Assembly: GCA_000165345.1 (NCBI GenBank)
Contig: CM000429.1
Coordinates: forward strand, 1 to 64,000
DNA length: 64,000 bases
Reading direction: 5' to 3'
The position numbers and the translations under genes were made by a program. Every line of letters begins with the position of its first letter. The stretch's first letter is position 1. Shown piece by piece: positions 9,901-18,867 of the stretch. A model generated the notes under the pieces. The model was not told where the DNA came from. It searched no databases and saw nothing but the letters and a program-made list of their open reading frames with translations.

Positions 9901-11926
9901 ATCAACTAATCCATCAAAGTTCATTCTAAATCCTGTAACATTAAATTTATTAACTTCAGAAACCTCAAATGAAGTAGCATATTGGATTTCACTTGCGTCC
10001 TCAAGGCTGATATTTAACTCTTCATCAGAATATCAATATAAGGTGTTATTTCCGGATTTCAAAAATGATATAACTTATCCAAAAATATTATTTGACCAAA
10101 ATTTGCTATATAATGATCAAGGCGAAGCAGGCGTTACGTTAAGAGCCATTGCGGTAACTGAAAATAGGTCTGTAGACCAATATATTGATGGAACTAGTTC
10201 TGCTGACGAATTATTTAAGTTTATAGGAGTAACGGAAAGATTTTTTTCAACATTTGATGATGATGACAAAAAATTATCTGAGGATTTGAATATGAAATTT
10301 ATTAACAAAGCAATAAATGGCTATCCATTTTTTTATACTAAAAATATTGTTCCAAGTGAACATTCTTCATTTATTGAAAGTCTGTATTCAAACATTTATG
10401 AATTACTGCATTACCCAAAAATAGTATATTTGGAGATTCTGTTGCCATCTTTACTTATAGAAGATCAAATGTTCAATTTTGTAAGAATAATAATAACCAG
10501 AGATATATCAGGAGGCCTTAATAAAGAACCTTTAAATATTTTGCTGAGTACAATAAATAGTGAATTTGATTCATATTTCAAAATTTCACTTGAAGTTGCA
10601 ATTATCTTATTAACGATTGCTTATATAGTCGTTTTTTTTTTAGAATGCAAGAAATTTACAAAGATATATAGGAATTCCCCTGAATCTACAGGAAGAAGAG
10701 CAAGGTCAACAGTGTTTTGTTTCTTCAACTATATCTTTACTGACTTATCACGAGCTCATGACATAGTAATAATCATGATGATTATTATCAGGTTAGGAGT
10801 TTATTCTTCAATATTTTACTATAAAATGGTATTATTTAAATCAAAGATTGACACTAATGAATTTGATATGGTATATGGACTATCAATCCAATTATCATAT
10901 ATTAATATTGCGATTATTTGGATTTTTATTTTACGGTTATTTGGACAATTTTCTTCTATTTCAAGCAATTTCAGGTTTCTTACGTTCTCATATAGACGAT
11001 CATTTTTACCTTTGTTTTTAGTATTCGTTTTTTTGGCTTTGCAATTTATTGGGCTCTCAATTATGATTTTTATTAACTTTTCAAGCTGCAATGATAACTA
11101 CTCCTCAGTATTTGGAGTCATTTCCTCAACAATTAATTTATTTGTTGGGAATTTTGACTTTTATGAGGCGTATAAATGTTCCAGTAATCTTACTATTTCT
11201 GTATTGCTTCCGCTTCTTATCGCAATTTATTATATTATTATGCCTGTTCATACCGTTATTATATTAAGAAGTCTTTGGCTTTCAAAAAAAGAATCTACAG
11301 ATATTGACAGAATTTTCAAGATAGTAGCGGAGAGTCGAAATAAAAAGAATTCTGAAGAATACAAAAAATATATTAAACATATAACTGGTATGAATACGCA
11401 AATTAGCGAGCGTGAAATATGGGATCATGCTGGGATAGATTATGATGAAGATGATCCAATAGATAGAAAGATGTATGAACAAAAATATGAAAAAAGTGTT
11501 CCAAAGGTTGAGATACCACCTCCGAAAATTGCAGAACTTACTGATGAACAGTGGGATGCATCGCCAGATTTCATAAAAGAATGGGCTGAATATGAAGCAG
11601 AGAGTTTTATAGATAGGTTTAGATGTTTAGAAAGTGAATTTAAAATGAATACAAGCTCAACTGGTTATTATTCTCAGTTTGTTTCCAGATGGGAAAGTTC
11701 TGTTTATAAAGAGTTGCAGCTGCTGGAAGTTACAACAAATGAAGCAGAGCAACTTCTAAAAAGGTTACAGAGGGCCATAAAGGGAACTGCAAGTAGAGTG
11801 AGAATTAATCAAGCACTACAAACAAATAATCTAGAAGCTGCAATTAGAGAAAAAGAAGAAGAAAGAGAATCGAAAAGAGCACTGCTCAAGGCTAGGAAGA
11901 ACAGAAATATTTATGATAATAATTAA
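6974..11926 (+). CDS. Large membrane protein with two tandem polycystin/TRP-like (PKD2/mucolipin-type) 6-TM cation-channel domains and a C-terminal coiled coil
   Basis: 1650-aa ATG ORF. Domain 1 has TM1 (IDLLLYATFCFGFMMVILFF), a ~210-aa loop, then TM2-6 with a pore-like LLGDYTPMYSSAKSILFHMLLFIVG between the last two TMs. Domain 2 has a second 6-TM block with NLFVGNFDFYEAYK, which resembles the PKD2 ILGDFDY post-pore motif. The family assignment is from memory of PKD2/TRPP topology and is not searched. Confidence 0.5.
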   Translation: MENFNSIPTINYRGNYPGQQNAGEINFDEEYDSSESEFSFPVVGSTNSANIKTSGKNKAFIGRDKEKAKRYYIQSTLEVNIDNQYPVDNIEIYRQKIFPFQLSPNISLVAPEEKNVNKSRISKIWKALSNSEPSIIGILRGKGFVYTLPETIDLLLYATFCFGFMMVILFFNSSGSVKHSIHNMLNQQTFNFQSSLASECLGIPDENGVSSYEQLYSKKFIQYVIEPNKDTFFNSMSDDVVFPCGRGTIKDVATIADYLRWIALVLFPSFIYIRNTMNSALTSHIKISTQFNNGTESELTYVLDKGILKGNNIYIYPYDTESALEILDFIVEKNYFNNTEVSSINTRFFTYNPFVGIKTSVMITLGNSKITGYYDSSLDVKSLLIHTNSYSYIFMALAIISGFFGFLRFFTHKDVIVSPIMTIKSSMNRVFALLSSILIIISVVTYMCIFIPINWLWTEDSSLKYSSLLSLHEDKMEENFTEQSSHFEYLATFDIIFRTSGSASLIFTLWEFFWFLSVKISRKHATSITVVVKKVTFPILLGALLVLFFFSSYGIIGLILLGDYTPMYSSAKSILFHMLLFIVGKTDEIWILLNETGIYTGIFFVPIICIFGIILPSYVYALFCHIYNSTIDTVEWCWDNCTRETETNIQSSPWYIEENSIYERNIRDDNASSTQKTNESKGINNNESQELNLNMHQNSQMNDLLFVRDRYSNFMAQTTTFERLFDIFFSRKKYLTLKQKKEIEMGKFDSYEQTRKIASLHGSNVNNLNNSLPSLTNNNANENSEIIKQQSQNESLEGSEYVTLVTKSIHEYYWSIFNSGKTIFSNPGTVSNYGNNISSTSQQLMFRMVGTMEASVDMTQFLISKNRDSDYSDSIGLNDQNGLPLLVGNVMAASPCPNMENLLTFTEKINRVGESIWFTVLLCFILILLITSSIFEFRKQIYNDLINSISWNQFHTNINVNAMKPISAKGELDIKKSTNPSKFILNPVTLNLLTSETSNEVAYWISLASSRLIFNSSSEYQYKVLFPDFKNDITYPKILFDQNLLYNDQGEAGVTLRAIAVTENRSVDQYIDGTSSADELFKFIGVTERFFSTFDDDDKKLSEDLNMKFINKAINGYPFFYTKNIVPSEHSSFIESLYSNIYELLHYPKIVYLEILLPSLLIEDQMFNFVRIIITRDISGGLNKEPLNILLSTINSEFDSYFKISLEVAIILLTIAYIVVFFLECKKFTKIYRNSPESTGRRARSTVFCFFNYIFTDLSRAHDIVIIMMIIIRLGVYSSIFYYKMVLFKSKIDTNEFDMVYGLSIQLSYINIAIIWIFILRLFGQFSSISSNFRFLTFSYRRSFLPLFLVFVFLALQFIGLSIMIFINFSSCNDNYSSVFGVISSTINLFVGNFDFYEAYKCSSNLTISVLLPLLIAIYYIIMPVHTVIILRSLWLSKKESTDIDRIFKIVAESRNKKNSEEYKKYIKHITGMNTQISEREIWDHAGIDYDEDDPIDRKMYEQKYEKSVPKVEIPPPKIAELTDEQWDASPDFIKEWAEYEAESFIDRFRCLESEFKMNTSSTGYYSQFVSRWESSVYKELQLLEVTTNEAEQLLKRLQRAIKGTASRVRINQALQTNNLEAAIREKEEERESKRALLKARKNRNIYDNN

Positions 11927-12118
11927 ATTTACAGAAAATCAAATTATTTTTTTAATGAGTCCAGTTTTCAAAAAAAAAAATCAAAGTTACAAACAGGAAA
12001 TACAAATGTCTTTTGTCTGAATCTAAAATTCTATTATTATTCTATCAATTACTTGATAATTGAAACAGACTAGTATTGGCCGAAATTTTGATAAAATAAA
12101 CTCAAAAAACTACTCATT

Positions 12119-13132
12119 TTATTTAGTTTTTAATTTATCTTTATTTTTCCTTGAGAAAACAGTTTGTATCCCCAGAGCAACGAAAATAGCAGATACGCAA
12201 AGCCACTGGCCAAGGGATAGTTTATGCCCAAAAATGATAACCGAAACCAAAACGGTGAAAAACTTCCTAGTTGTAGTTATTATTGCCAAATATAGAGAAC
12301 CAAATCTAATGAGTGATTGGAATATAAAAAATTGTCCGCATGTACCTGTTAAAGAAAGAGCAAGTATATAATACGGAGTTGAAGGAAATCGAGAAATAAA
12401 TAGATAAGGTTCCTTCCCCTCTAAAAATAAAGATAAGATCCCACAAAGTATCATTGCAAATAAATTAGTATAGAACATCAGGATATTGGATGTAACGTTG
12501 TATTTTTTGATCAGTTTGTCTTGCCTAGGGCCAGTGAGTCCATCGCATAATAGTGACAATCCAAGAAGTGACACCCCAGAAAGTGTTTGAACGGTTCCTA
12601 CCTTATTAGTCTTTATCTGCATCAAATTAAAACAAGAAAGAGAAATAGTGATAACTATTACAGCTAAGTAGTCATACCAAGGATATTTAGTTTTGAAGTA
12701 AAGGGTTCCAATAACAATTATCGGAACGCATTTTGCAGATTTGACGAGAACTTGAGTTGGGTAGTTGACATTACCTAATGCAAGATTTGTTAGAACCATT
12801 GAAGTTAGATATGTTGCTGAAGTTAGCATAATTTGGAAGATGCATTCAAATGACAAATTGAAAAGTGTTTTTTCAGCATTACTAGAATTTTTATTTTTTT
12901 TAGAATTGCCTTCTTTTCCTGGCCCAATTCTCCAATTTTCCAATTGAATAACTCCAAAGCTCACAACTGTGTTTACCAAACAAAAGCAAAATACTAAAAA
13001 TAGGCTATAATTGAAATTATCACCAACCTTTTTATCTCCCAATGTATGGATTCGTTCTTGCACGATGCCATAAAAAATAAAGAAAAAGTAGATACCAGCC
13101 ACACAGAAAGCTCCTATTATTGTATCATTCAT
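12119..13132 (-). CDS. Nucleotide-sugar transporter, SLC35B/UAA (UDP-galactose/UDP-GlcNAc transporter-like) family
   Basis: 337-aa protein with ~10 TM helices. The N-terminal YGIVQERI matches the SLC35B YGILQE signature, and the C-terminal basic tail KNKDKLKTK resembles a KKxx-type ER retrieval signal. Confidence 0.7.
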   Translation of the reverse strand: MNDTIIGAFCVAGIYFFFIFYGIVQERIHTLGDKKVGDNFNYSLFLVFCFCLVNTVVSFGVIQLENWRIGPGKEGNSKKNKNSSNAEKTLFNLSFECIFQIMLTSATYLTSMVLTNLALGNVNYPTQVLVKSAKCVPIIVIGTLYFKTKYPWYDYLAVIVITISLSCFNLMQIKTNKVGTVQTLSGVSLLGLSLLCDGLTGPRQDKLIKKYNVTSNILMFYTNLFAMILCGILSLFLEGKEPYLFISRFPSTPYYILALSLTGTCGQFFIFQSLIRFGSLYLAIITTTRKFFTVLVSVIIFGHKLSLGQWLCVSAIFVALGIQTVFSRKNKDKLKTK

Positions 13133-13465
13133 TTCTACAAAAACAATTGCAAACTAATGATATTGAAAAGAGATTCATGCTCATTTCAAGGCGGTAACCT
13201 TTTGTCTTGTTTAAGTTAAAACAAATTTGGATTTTGAAAAGGTATAAATACCATTTAAAGTCAAATTGATTCAAAAAATTATAAAAACATATTGATTGTA
13301 TTATAAAAAGATTAACGATCCTTAAACATTTAGAAAGTGTTTTATGGAGATTTTTTGCATATTTAAGAGATAAATTAAATACCCCACTTCAAGACAACCA
13401 GCGGGAACGTTGGCGGTTTGGTTTTTGATTAATGATATTTGGATGCAGAAGGTATGTAAATAAAA

Positions 13466-16336
13466 ATGAGCATCAACAACGGTAAGGAGGTTAGCGTGGA
13501 GGATTGTCCAGAATCAAAGTTCTTAGTTGAGGAGAATGTGGATTTAACAAAGTCGTGCCTTTGGTCAATCTTAGAGCGATATTATAAGACTGTATCAATA
13601 GATGCATGGCGAAAAAACCAGGTCCCAAGTTTCATAACATCGAATAATCGTCTTGCCAGTGGATATGCGAGGCTTATACACAGTTTTATAATGGATCAGA
13701 ATCCAATCGGAACTCCATTTAAAAAAATTTATATTGTTGAGATTGGTGGTGGCCATGGAAGATTTACGTTTTTGCTTTTAAGAGCTTTAGAAAGATATTC
13801 TCCTGTTTGGGAAGATCTCGGATACAGTGACGTACCTTTTAAGTACATATTTACTGATGCAACTGATGCAAGCTTTTCGTTTTTAACAAGAGAATCTAGT
13901 GCATTAATCTCATATATACAAAAGGGATGGCTCGAATTTGCATGTTTTAATGGTAACAACTCTGAACCAAGCGATATTAAATTTGGATCAAATAAGCAAG
14001 AAACCATTCCACCAGAATCAAGCATAGTATTAGTATGTAACTATGTTTTGGATTCTCTTCTGACTGATGCAATTGCGATAAGCAAGGACAAGGTAATTTC
14101 TAAAGCTACTGTTTCTGTCTATTCTTCACAAGTTGAAGAAGACTTAACACACCCAAGCATTGCTGATAGAATGACCCTTTCATGGTCATGGAAAGAAATG
14201 ATAGATGAAGATTTCTCGCCCATCACAACTCATTCAGAAAACAAAGTCTGTAATACAAATAGTGAAACAAAAAAAACTCAAGAATCAGAGTACTTGACAG
14301 AAAAGGAACAATTGTTACTAAGGTATTCTCAGTTCGACTATTCTCTTTGTGAAGTAATAAAGTCCTACCTCGAACTTGATCGAGAAATGTCTTTTGTATT
14401 ACCACTAGGGGCTATTCAAATGCTCAGACGTTTTTATAAATACTCTACCGGGAATATATGCGTTTTAATAGGTGATAAAGGGTATCCTGATGATACTGAG
14501 TTTATTTCTATCAAACCCCCTCATATTGCTGTGCATGGATGTATGAGCTTTATGGTCAATTTGGATGCTATAAAGAAATATTTCTGTAATTTAGGCTGTA
14601 GTTATCTTGCTACAAGATACAAGGACACATTTCAAATTACCTGTATTCTTGGAGGAAAGAAGTCTTCATTCCCCAGGGTCGTTGCATCATTTATTGATAG
14701 CCAAGAAGATTTGGTTCCGGATAATTTGTTAAATATTCAAAGAGGTTTTGAACAACTCAGCTCAAATTCAGGTTCTTTTACTAATGGATTGAAGCCTTAT
14801 TTGGGCGTATTAAGATATAGTTTGCACGATCCATTCATACTTTGGGTATTGCGCAATGGAATTCTTGCAAATATTGGAGACCTTAACATTAGGCAAAGAG
14901 AAGATATTATTTTTGATTTGCATAGCGTTTATCGAAATATTTATCCTTTGGAAATTAATATTGATGTATTTGATCTATTGGCTCAAATTTGTTTAAAAGG
15001 TGGCTTTGTAAACGATGCAATATTTTACTATAATGAAAGCTTGCGTTGCTGCCCTGAAATGATACACCCATCGACCTATGTGAACCTTGCAAAGTGCTAT
15101 CAATCACAAAGAAACTGGAAAAAAGCCTTTCACTTTTGTAACGAAGCATTAAAATTGGATCCTGACTATCCACCAGCACTTGAATTTAATTCAGAATACC
15201 TTAATTCATCAAAAAGACTTAACTATATAATTATTGGTTGTTATAGCTCGTGGATTTTCACAGATGTAATTCCAACAATTCAATTTGATGCAATGTACAA
15301 TTGTATCGGCGTAGTACCGAGTAAAACAACAATAGAAAATGCTAAGAAGGCATTTGACCACTTACAAGCAATTTTTTCGTGTAACCAAGAGAACGAGGTT
15401 TTTTCTAGTTCTCCACCAAAGTTTTTCCTTGAAGAAATTTCTGAAAATTCTTCTTTTGCAAATGCAATTGCAGATATATTTTATAGCAACCCACAGATCG
15501 AAGCAATAGTTCTTGATGTACCTCCTGACCTTTTCAAGCCTTGTATGGATGTTATTTGGGAATTTAACAAACATGTCATGACTAGATCTCCAACCGCAAG
15601 AGATGTTGTAAACGCTTCGGAAATTCTCTCAAGAAAGCCTCCTAGGTCGCTTTGGTTCGATTATGCACCATTCAAATTTGAAACAGCATTACTACAAGTA
15701 TTTAATATAATTAAACAACATGGTCGACTTTATGCAATTAATTGTAAATATGACCTTCCATCGGAAACTCCAATAAATTCAGAAGGATATAAAAACGATG
15801 AGTTGATAGCGAGACTAATCCATTCACTTTCTGCAATTTATATTGCAATTGATGGAACTTTAGACTGGGTTTTCTGCCCGTCTACAGACAAAGATAATGA
15901 TAAAAAAACACTATTTTGTGGATGGAGTTCTCCATTGTGGTCACAAGCCGATTCTGGAAAAAGAAATAAAATACCTTCGGAAAAAGCCTCAATAAAACCT
16001 ACATCCACTAAAAGCGATGAAATTCATTGCACTATTTCAACAGAGTTTGTAACTTGGGACAAGACATTCATACAATTTGACTTTCATTGCGATAACTGTA
16101 CATTAAGCCTCAGAAAAGAAGGCCCAATTTGGATTCTACTCATTAGAACCTCTAAGGGAAGGTATGAGTCTAAAATCCAATGCGTCGGATTGCAGACTGC
16201 AAATGAAAGATTCAGAAAGTTGTGTAAAGATTATAACCCTGATCAATACAATATTAAAGATTCTATAGGCTTTTCTGCATGGTGGGATGCAATTGAAAAA
16301 TCTAAGCAAAGCCCAATTCACTTTTCCTACCAATAA
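13466..16336 (+). CDS. Hypothetical 956-aa protein with an N-terminal Rossmann-like GxGxG segment (IVEIGGGHGRF, possibly DUF185/MidA-like methyltransferase fold) and a TPR-like repeat
   Basis: Long ATG ORF. The CYQSQRNWKKAFHFCNEALKLDPDYPPAL segment looks like a TPR. The methyltransferase-like assignment is weak. Confidence 0.5.
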   Translation: MSINNGKEVSVEDCPESKFLVEENVDLTKSCLWSILERYYKTVSIDAWRKNQVPSFITSNNRLASGYARLIHSFIMDQNPIGTPFKKIYIVEIGGGHGRFTFLLLRALERYSPVWEDLGYSDVPFKYIFTDATDASFSFLTRESSALISYIQKGWLEFACFNGNNSEPSDIKFGSNKQETIPPESSIVLVCNYVLDSLLTDAIAISKDKVISKATVSVYSSQVEEDLTHPSIADRMTLSWSWKEMIDEDFSPITTHSENKVCNTNSETKKTQESEYLTEKEQLLLRYSQFDYSLCEVIKSYLELDREMSFVLPLGAIQMLRRFYKYSTGNICVLIGDKGYPDDTEFISIKPPHIAVHGCMSFMVNLDAIKKYFCNLGCSYLATRYKDTFQITCILGGKKSSFPRVVASFIDSQEDLVPDNLLNIQRGFEQLSSNSGSFTNGLKPYLGVLRYSLHDPFILWVLRNGILANIGDLNIRQREDIIFDLHSVYRNIYPLEINIDVFDLLAQICLKGGFVNDAIFYYNESLRCCPEMIHPSTYVNLAKCYQSQRNWKKAFHFCNEALKLDPDYPPALEFNSEYLNSSKRLNYIIIGCYSSWIFTDVIPTIQFDAMYNCIGVVPSKTTIENAKKAFDHLQAIFSCNQENEVFSSSPPKFFLEEISENSSFANAIADIFYSNPQIEAIVLDVPPDLFKPCMDVIWEFNKHVMTRSPTARDVVNASEILSRKPPRSLWFDYAPFKFETALLQVFNIIKQHGRLYAINCKYDLPSETPINSEGYKNDELIARLIHSLSAIYIAIDGTLDWVFCPSTDKDNDKKTLFCGWSSPLWSQADSGKRNKIPSEKASIKPTSTKSDEIHCTISTEFVTWDKTFIQFDFHCDNCTLSLRKEGPIWILLIRTSKGRYESKIQCVGLQTANERFRKLCKDYNPDQYNIKDSIGFSAWWDAIEKSKQSPIHFSYQ

Positions 16337-16426
16337 AGAGGATTTATCTTAATTAAAATCAAATTATATTCTAATTGATTCATAATCCTACCATATTTCC
16401 ACTAATTTGTCTAAATTTCACAGACC

Positions 16427-16436
16427 TTGCATGCAT
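16427..16436. promoter_or_regulatory. TTGCATGCAT (AP2-like TGCATGCA octamer) ~160 bp upstream of the CDK-related kinase gene
   Basis: Direct reading. Similar octamers occur at 6813-6820 (upstream of the channel gene) and 52701-52709 (upstream of Nar1). Confidence 0.35.
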
Positions 16437-16596
16437 TCTTGTGCCAATTTTGCATTCATATGGTATCGTATATTTGTAATAAATGAATAAAATATTTGTT
16501 AGAAATAATATATTAGAGATTAGCTATAGATAGTTAATTATGTATTAATTAGGATTTGTTTTTTTTTCTCGAGACAATAAGTCCGTCATAAGATTT

Positions 16597-17633
16597 ATGA
16601 ATATGATTCAGAAGTTAATATGGGATTCTATTAATTTCACTCTTGGAGATGGAGAAAAAGATTCCTCGATTGGTGATTATGAATATTTGGAAATAATAGG
16701 AGAAGGGACATATGGAGTGGTATATAAATGCAAATGTAAACAATCTGGGGAACTTTTTGCAGTAAAAACTTTCAGAAGTGCTACAAGTGAATTTTCAACA
16801 ACAACCCTTAGAGAAATATCAATATTACGTGAGATCAATCATTCTAATATCGTTAGCGTTCAGGATGTGATACTTTCATCGAAAGGTGTTAATATAGTGT
16901 TTGAGTTTTTTCCTTACGATCTTAAACGTTACCTTTCAATGTTCCCTGATAAAGTTCCTCCTGTGAAATTCATAAAACATATAATTTTTGAAATACTAAA
17001 AGGTATATTCCATTTGCATATGCATAGAATTATTCATCGTGATCTGAAACCCCAAAATATTCTAATATCATGCGACAGAAATCTTCCAGACGTCAAAATT
17101 GCAGACTTTGGACTTTCCAGAATTTTATCTACTCCTTTCAAAACATTGACTAGAGAGGTTGTAACACTTTGGTATAGAGCTCCAGAACTACTTTTGGGGA
17201 ATAAGAATTATTCTAGTTCCATAGATATATGGAGTGTTGGCTGTATATTCATCGAACTGTTAATAGGCAGGCCAATATTTTCTGGTGACAGCGAAGTTTC
17301 AACTCTTTTTAAAATATTTAAAACGTTGGGAACTCCAAACCCTAAAGTATATAGTAATATTAACTCTCTTCCAAATTACAGCCCTGATTGGCCAAAGTGG
17401 GATATTGATGAAAATTGGGTTGATAATCAAATTTGTATGTATTCTCCAACTAAACAATATTTGCTGGAAACAGATGCAAAGAATTTAATAAAAATGTAAG
17501 TTTATTTTATGATAATGATTTTAAGTTAAAATTTCAAATAAGGATGTTAATGTATGATCCGAGCAGAAGAATAAATGCATTTGATGCATTGAATAACAAA
17601 TGGTTCGATGAAGTTAGAAATAATACTTTCTAA
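16597..17633 (+). CDS. Cyclin-dependent-kinase-related Ser/Thr protein kinase; 2 exons (16597-17495, 17543-17633) with a 47-nt GTAAGT...AG intron
   Basis: Kinase motifs are present: GEGTYGVVYK, AVK, a PSTAIRE-like EFSTTTLREISILREI, HRDLKPQNIL, DFGLSR and WYRAPE. Exon 1 ends NLIK + 'at'; with the intron removed the frame restores to MLMYDPSRRINAFDALNNKWF, the canonical CDK C-terminus. Confidence 0.8.
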
Positions 17634-17692
17634 TTTAAACAAGAATTTCTAATTCTAACTTTAATTAAAAACTATTTTATAATTACTAAAAT

Positions 17693-18728
17693 CTAATAAG
17701 GTTTACAATATACGGAAAGACCAGAACAAAGCCAACTGGGACGAGGCGGATCAGGAACGCAAATAACGTCTCCATAACTCTCGCTTTCCAACTCGACCAG
17801 CGCTTCATTATATTGAGAGCCATCGCAGCGTTGCAAAAGCTCAATTCCGCCGCTTGCTCTATTAAATCTCGAAGCTATTAATGATGCTCCGTCCAAACCT
17901 TTAAACGGAGCAACCAAATTTTCAGGGTTGCATGCATTTGCTTGAGTTCCGAATAATCTCTTTAATATTAGGTGCGGCTTTACGGAAATTTTAATTCTTT
18001 TTTGGTTTTGAATTTGCCTTTGTAGTGGAACTTCTGCATTATCTATCATCTTTTGTGTTACTCCTTTATGCACGATCCAACAGGAGTCGGCTGAAGATAG
18101 TCTTGCGGTTCGCCTTTCTATACAGGCGAGCTCATAATTTGTAAATGAGCCTTGATAAATAGAGGTTGATTCAATTCCTCCTTTGTCTGTACATACTGAA
18201 TCTTCTGTAATTTGATACCTTGAGTCATCTCCTGAAAATTCACAGTTTTCAAAATTGGTAATATGGCCCCAGTTATATGGCGCCTTAGAAAATGAATTCT
18301 TCTAAAAAGCTGAAAGGAAAATAACTTACCTGAGCATGTTTTACAAACTTCCAGCACCATCTTCGACCAGGATTTCCTGGATCTGAGAGATCCCTTAATC
18401 TTTCATATATGGTTAATTCGTTTTCAGGTTTGGGTGGTATTCCTCCTATATAATAAGTATCCCCGACAAAAAAAACTTCCGCTGTAACTCCATTCAAATC
18501 AACATTAATTCTCTTTTGTGATTCTTCAGATAAAGCTTTTACATATGCTACAATAATATCATTTGGAACAATATATCGGTCTAAAGCTTCAGTTAATGTG
18601 ATTTTGCCATTCTGCAAATCTTCAATTACATTTGGCGTAATTCTTAGTTTTTCAAAGCATAGTATGTATTCGACGATATTAATGATTAAGACAGCGCTAA
18701 ACAATATAAAAGATTTATTTATCAGCAT
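17693..18728 (-). CDS. Secreted hypothetical protein (~330 aa, signal peptide MLINKSFILFSAVLIINIV, Cys-containing); 2 exons (18728-18330, 18283-17693) with a 46-nt intron
   Basis: The upstream ORF ends ...KHAQ directly at a GTAAGT donor. The downstream frame is open for ~100 codons with no ATG, as expected for an exon continuation. The tttctaag|GCG acceptor gives a phase-0 junction. A 28-nt alternative (ttttag|AAG) cannot be excluded. Confidence 0.5.
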
Positions 18729-18867
18729 TTCTATAAATAATTGATTTTTGTGGGTGACAGCAATTCACACAGTTGGATTTAATTTTGGGAGAAAAAATAA
18801 AAATTTTCTTGATTACCATTGTTTGATAGTCATAGCATATATAAAACTAACAAGTATCTAATTAAAA

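Noticed and set aside
18279-18284. GGCGCC hexamer
   Set aside because: It falls at the acceptor/exon-2 boundary of a coding gene rather than in a promoter. I treat it as coincidental, unlike the seven intergenic copies.
18118-18360. 80-aa minus-strand ORF (MVLEVCKTCSGK...)
   Set aside because: It is the out-of-frame read-through across the 46-nt intron of the two-exon secreted protein gene. The correct frame continues after splicing.
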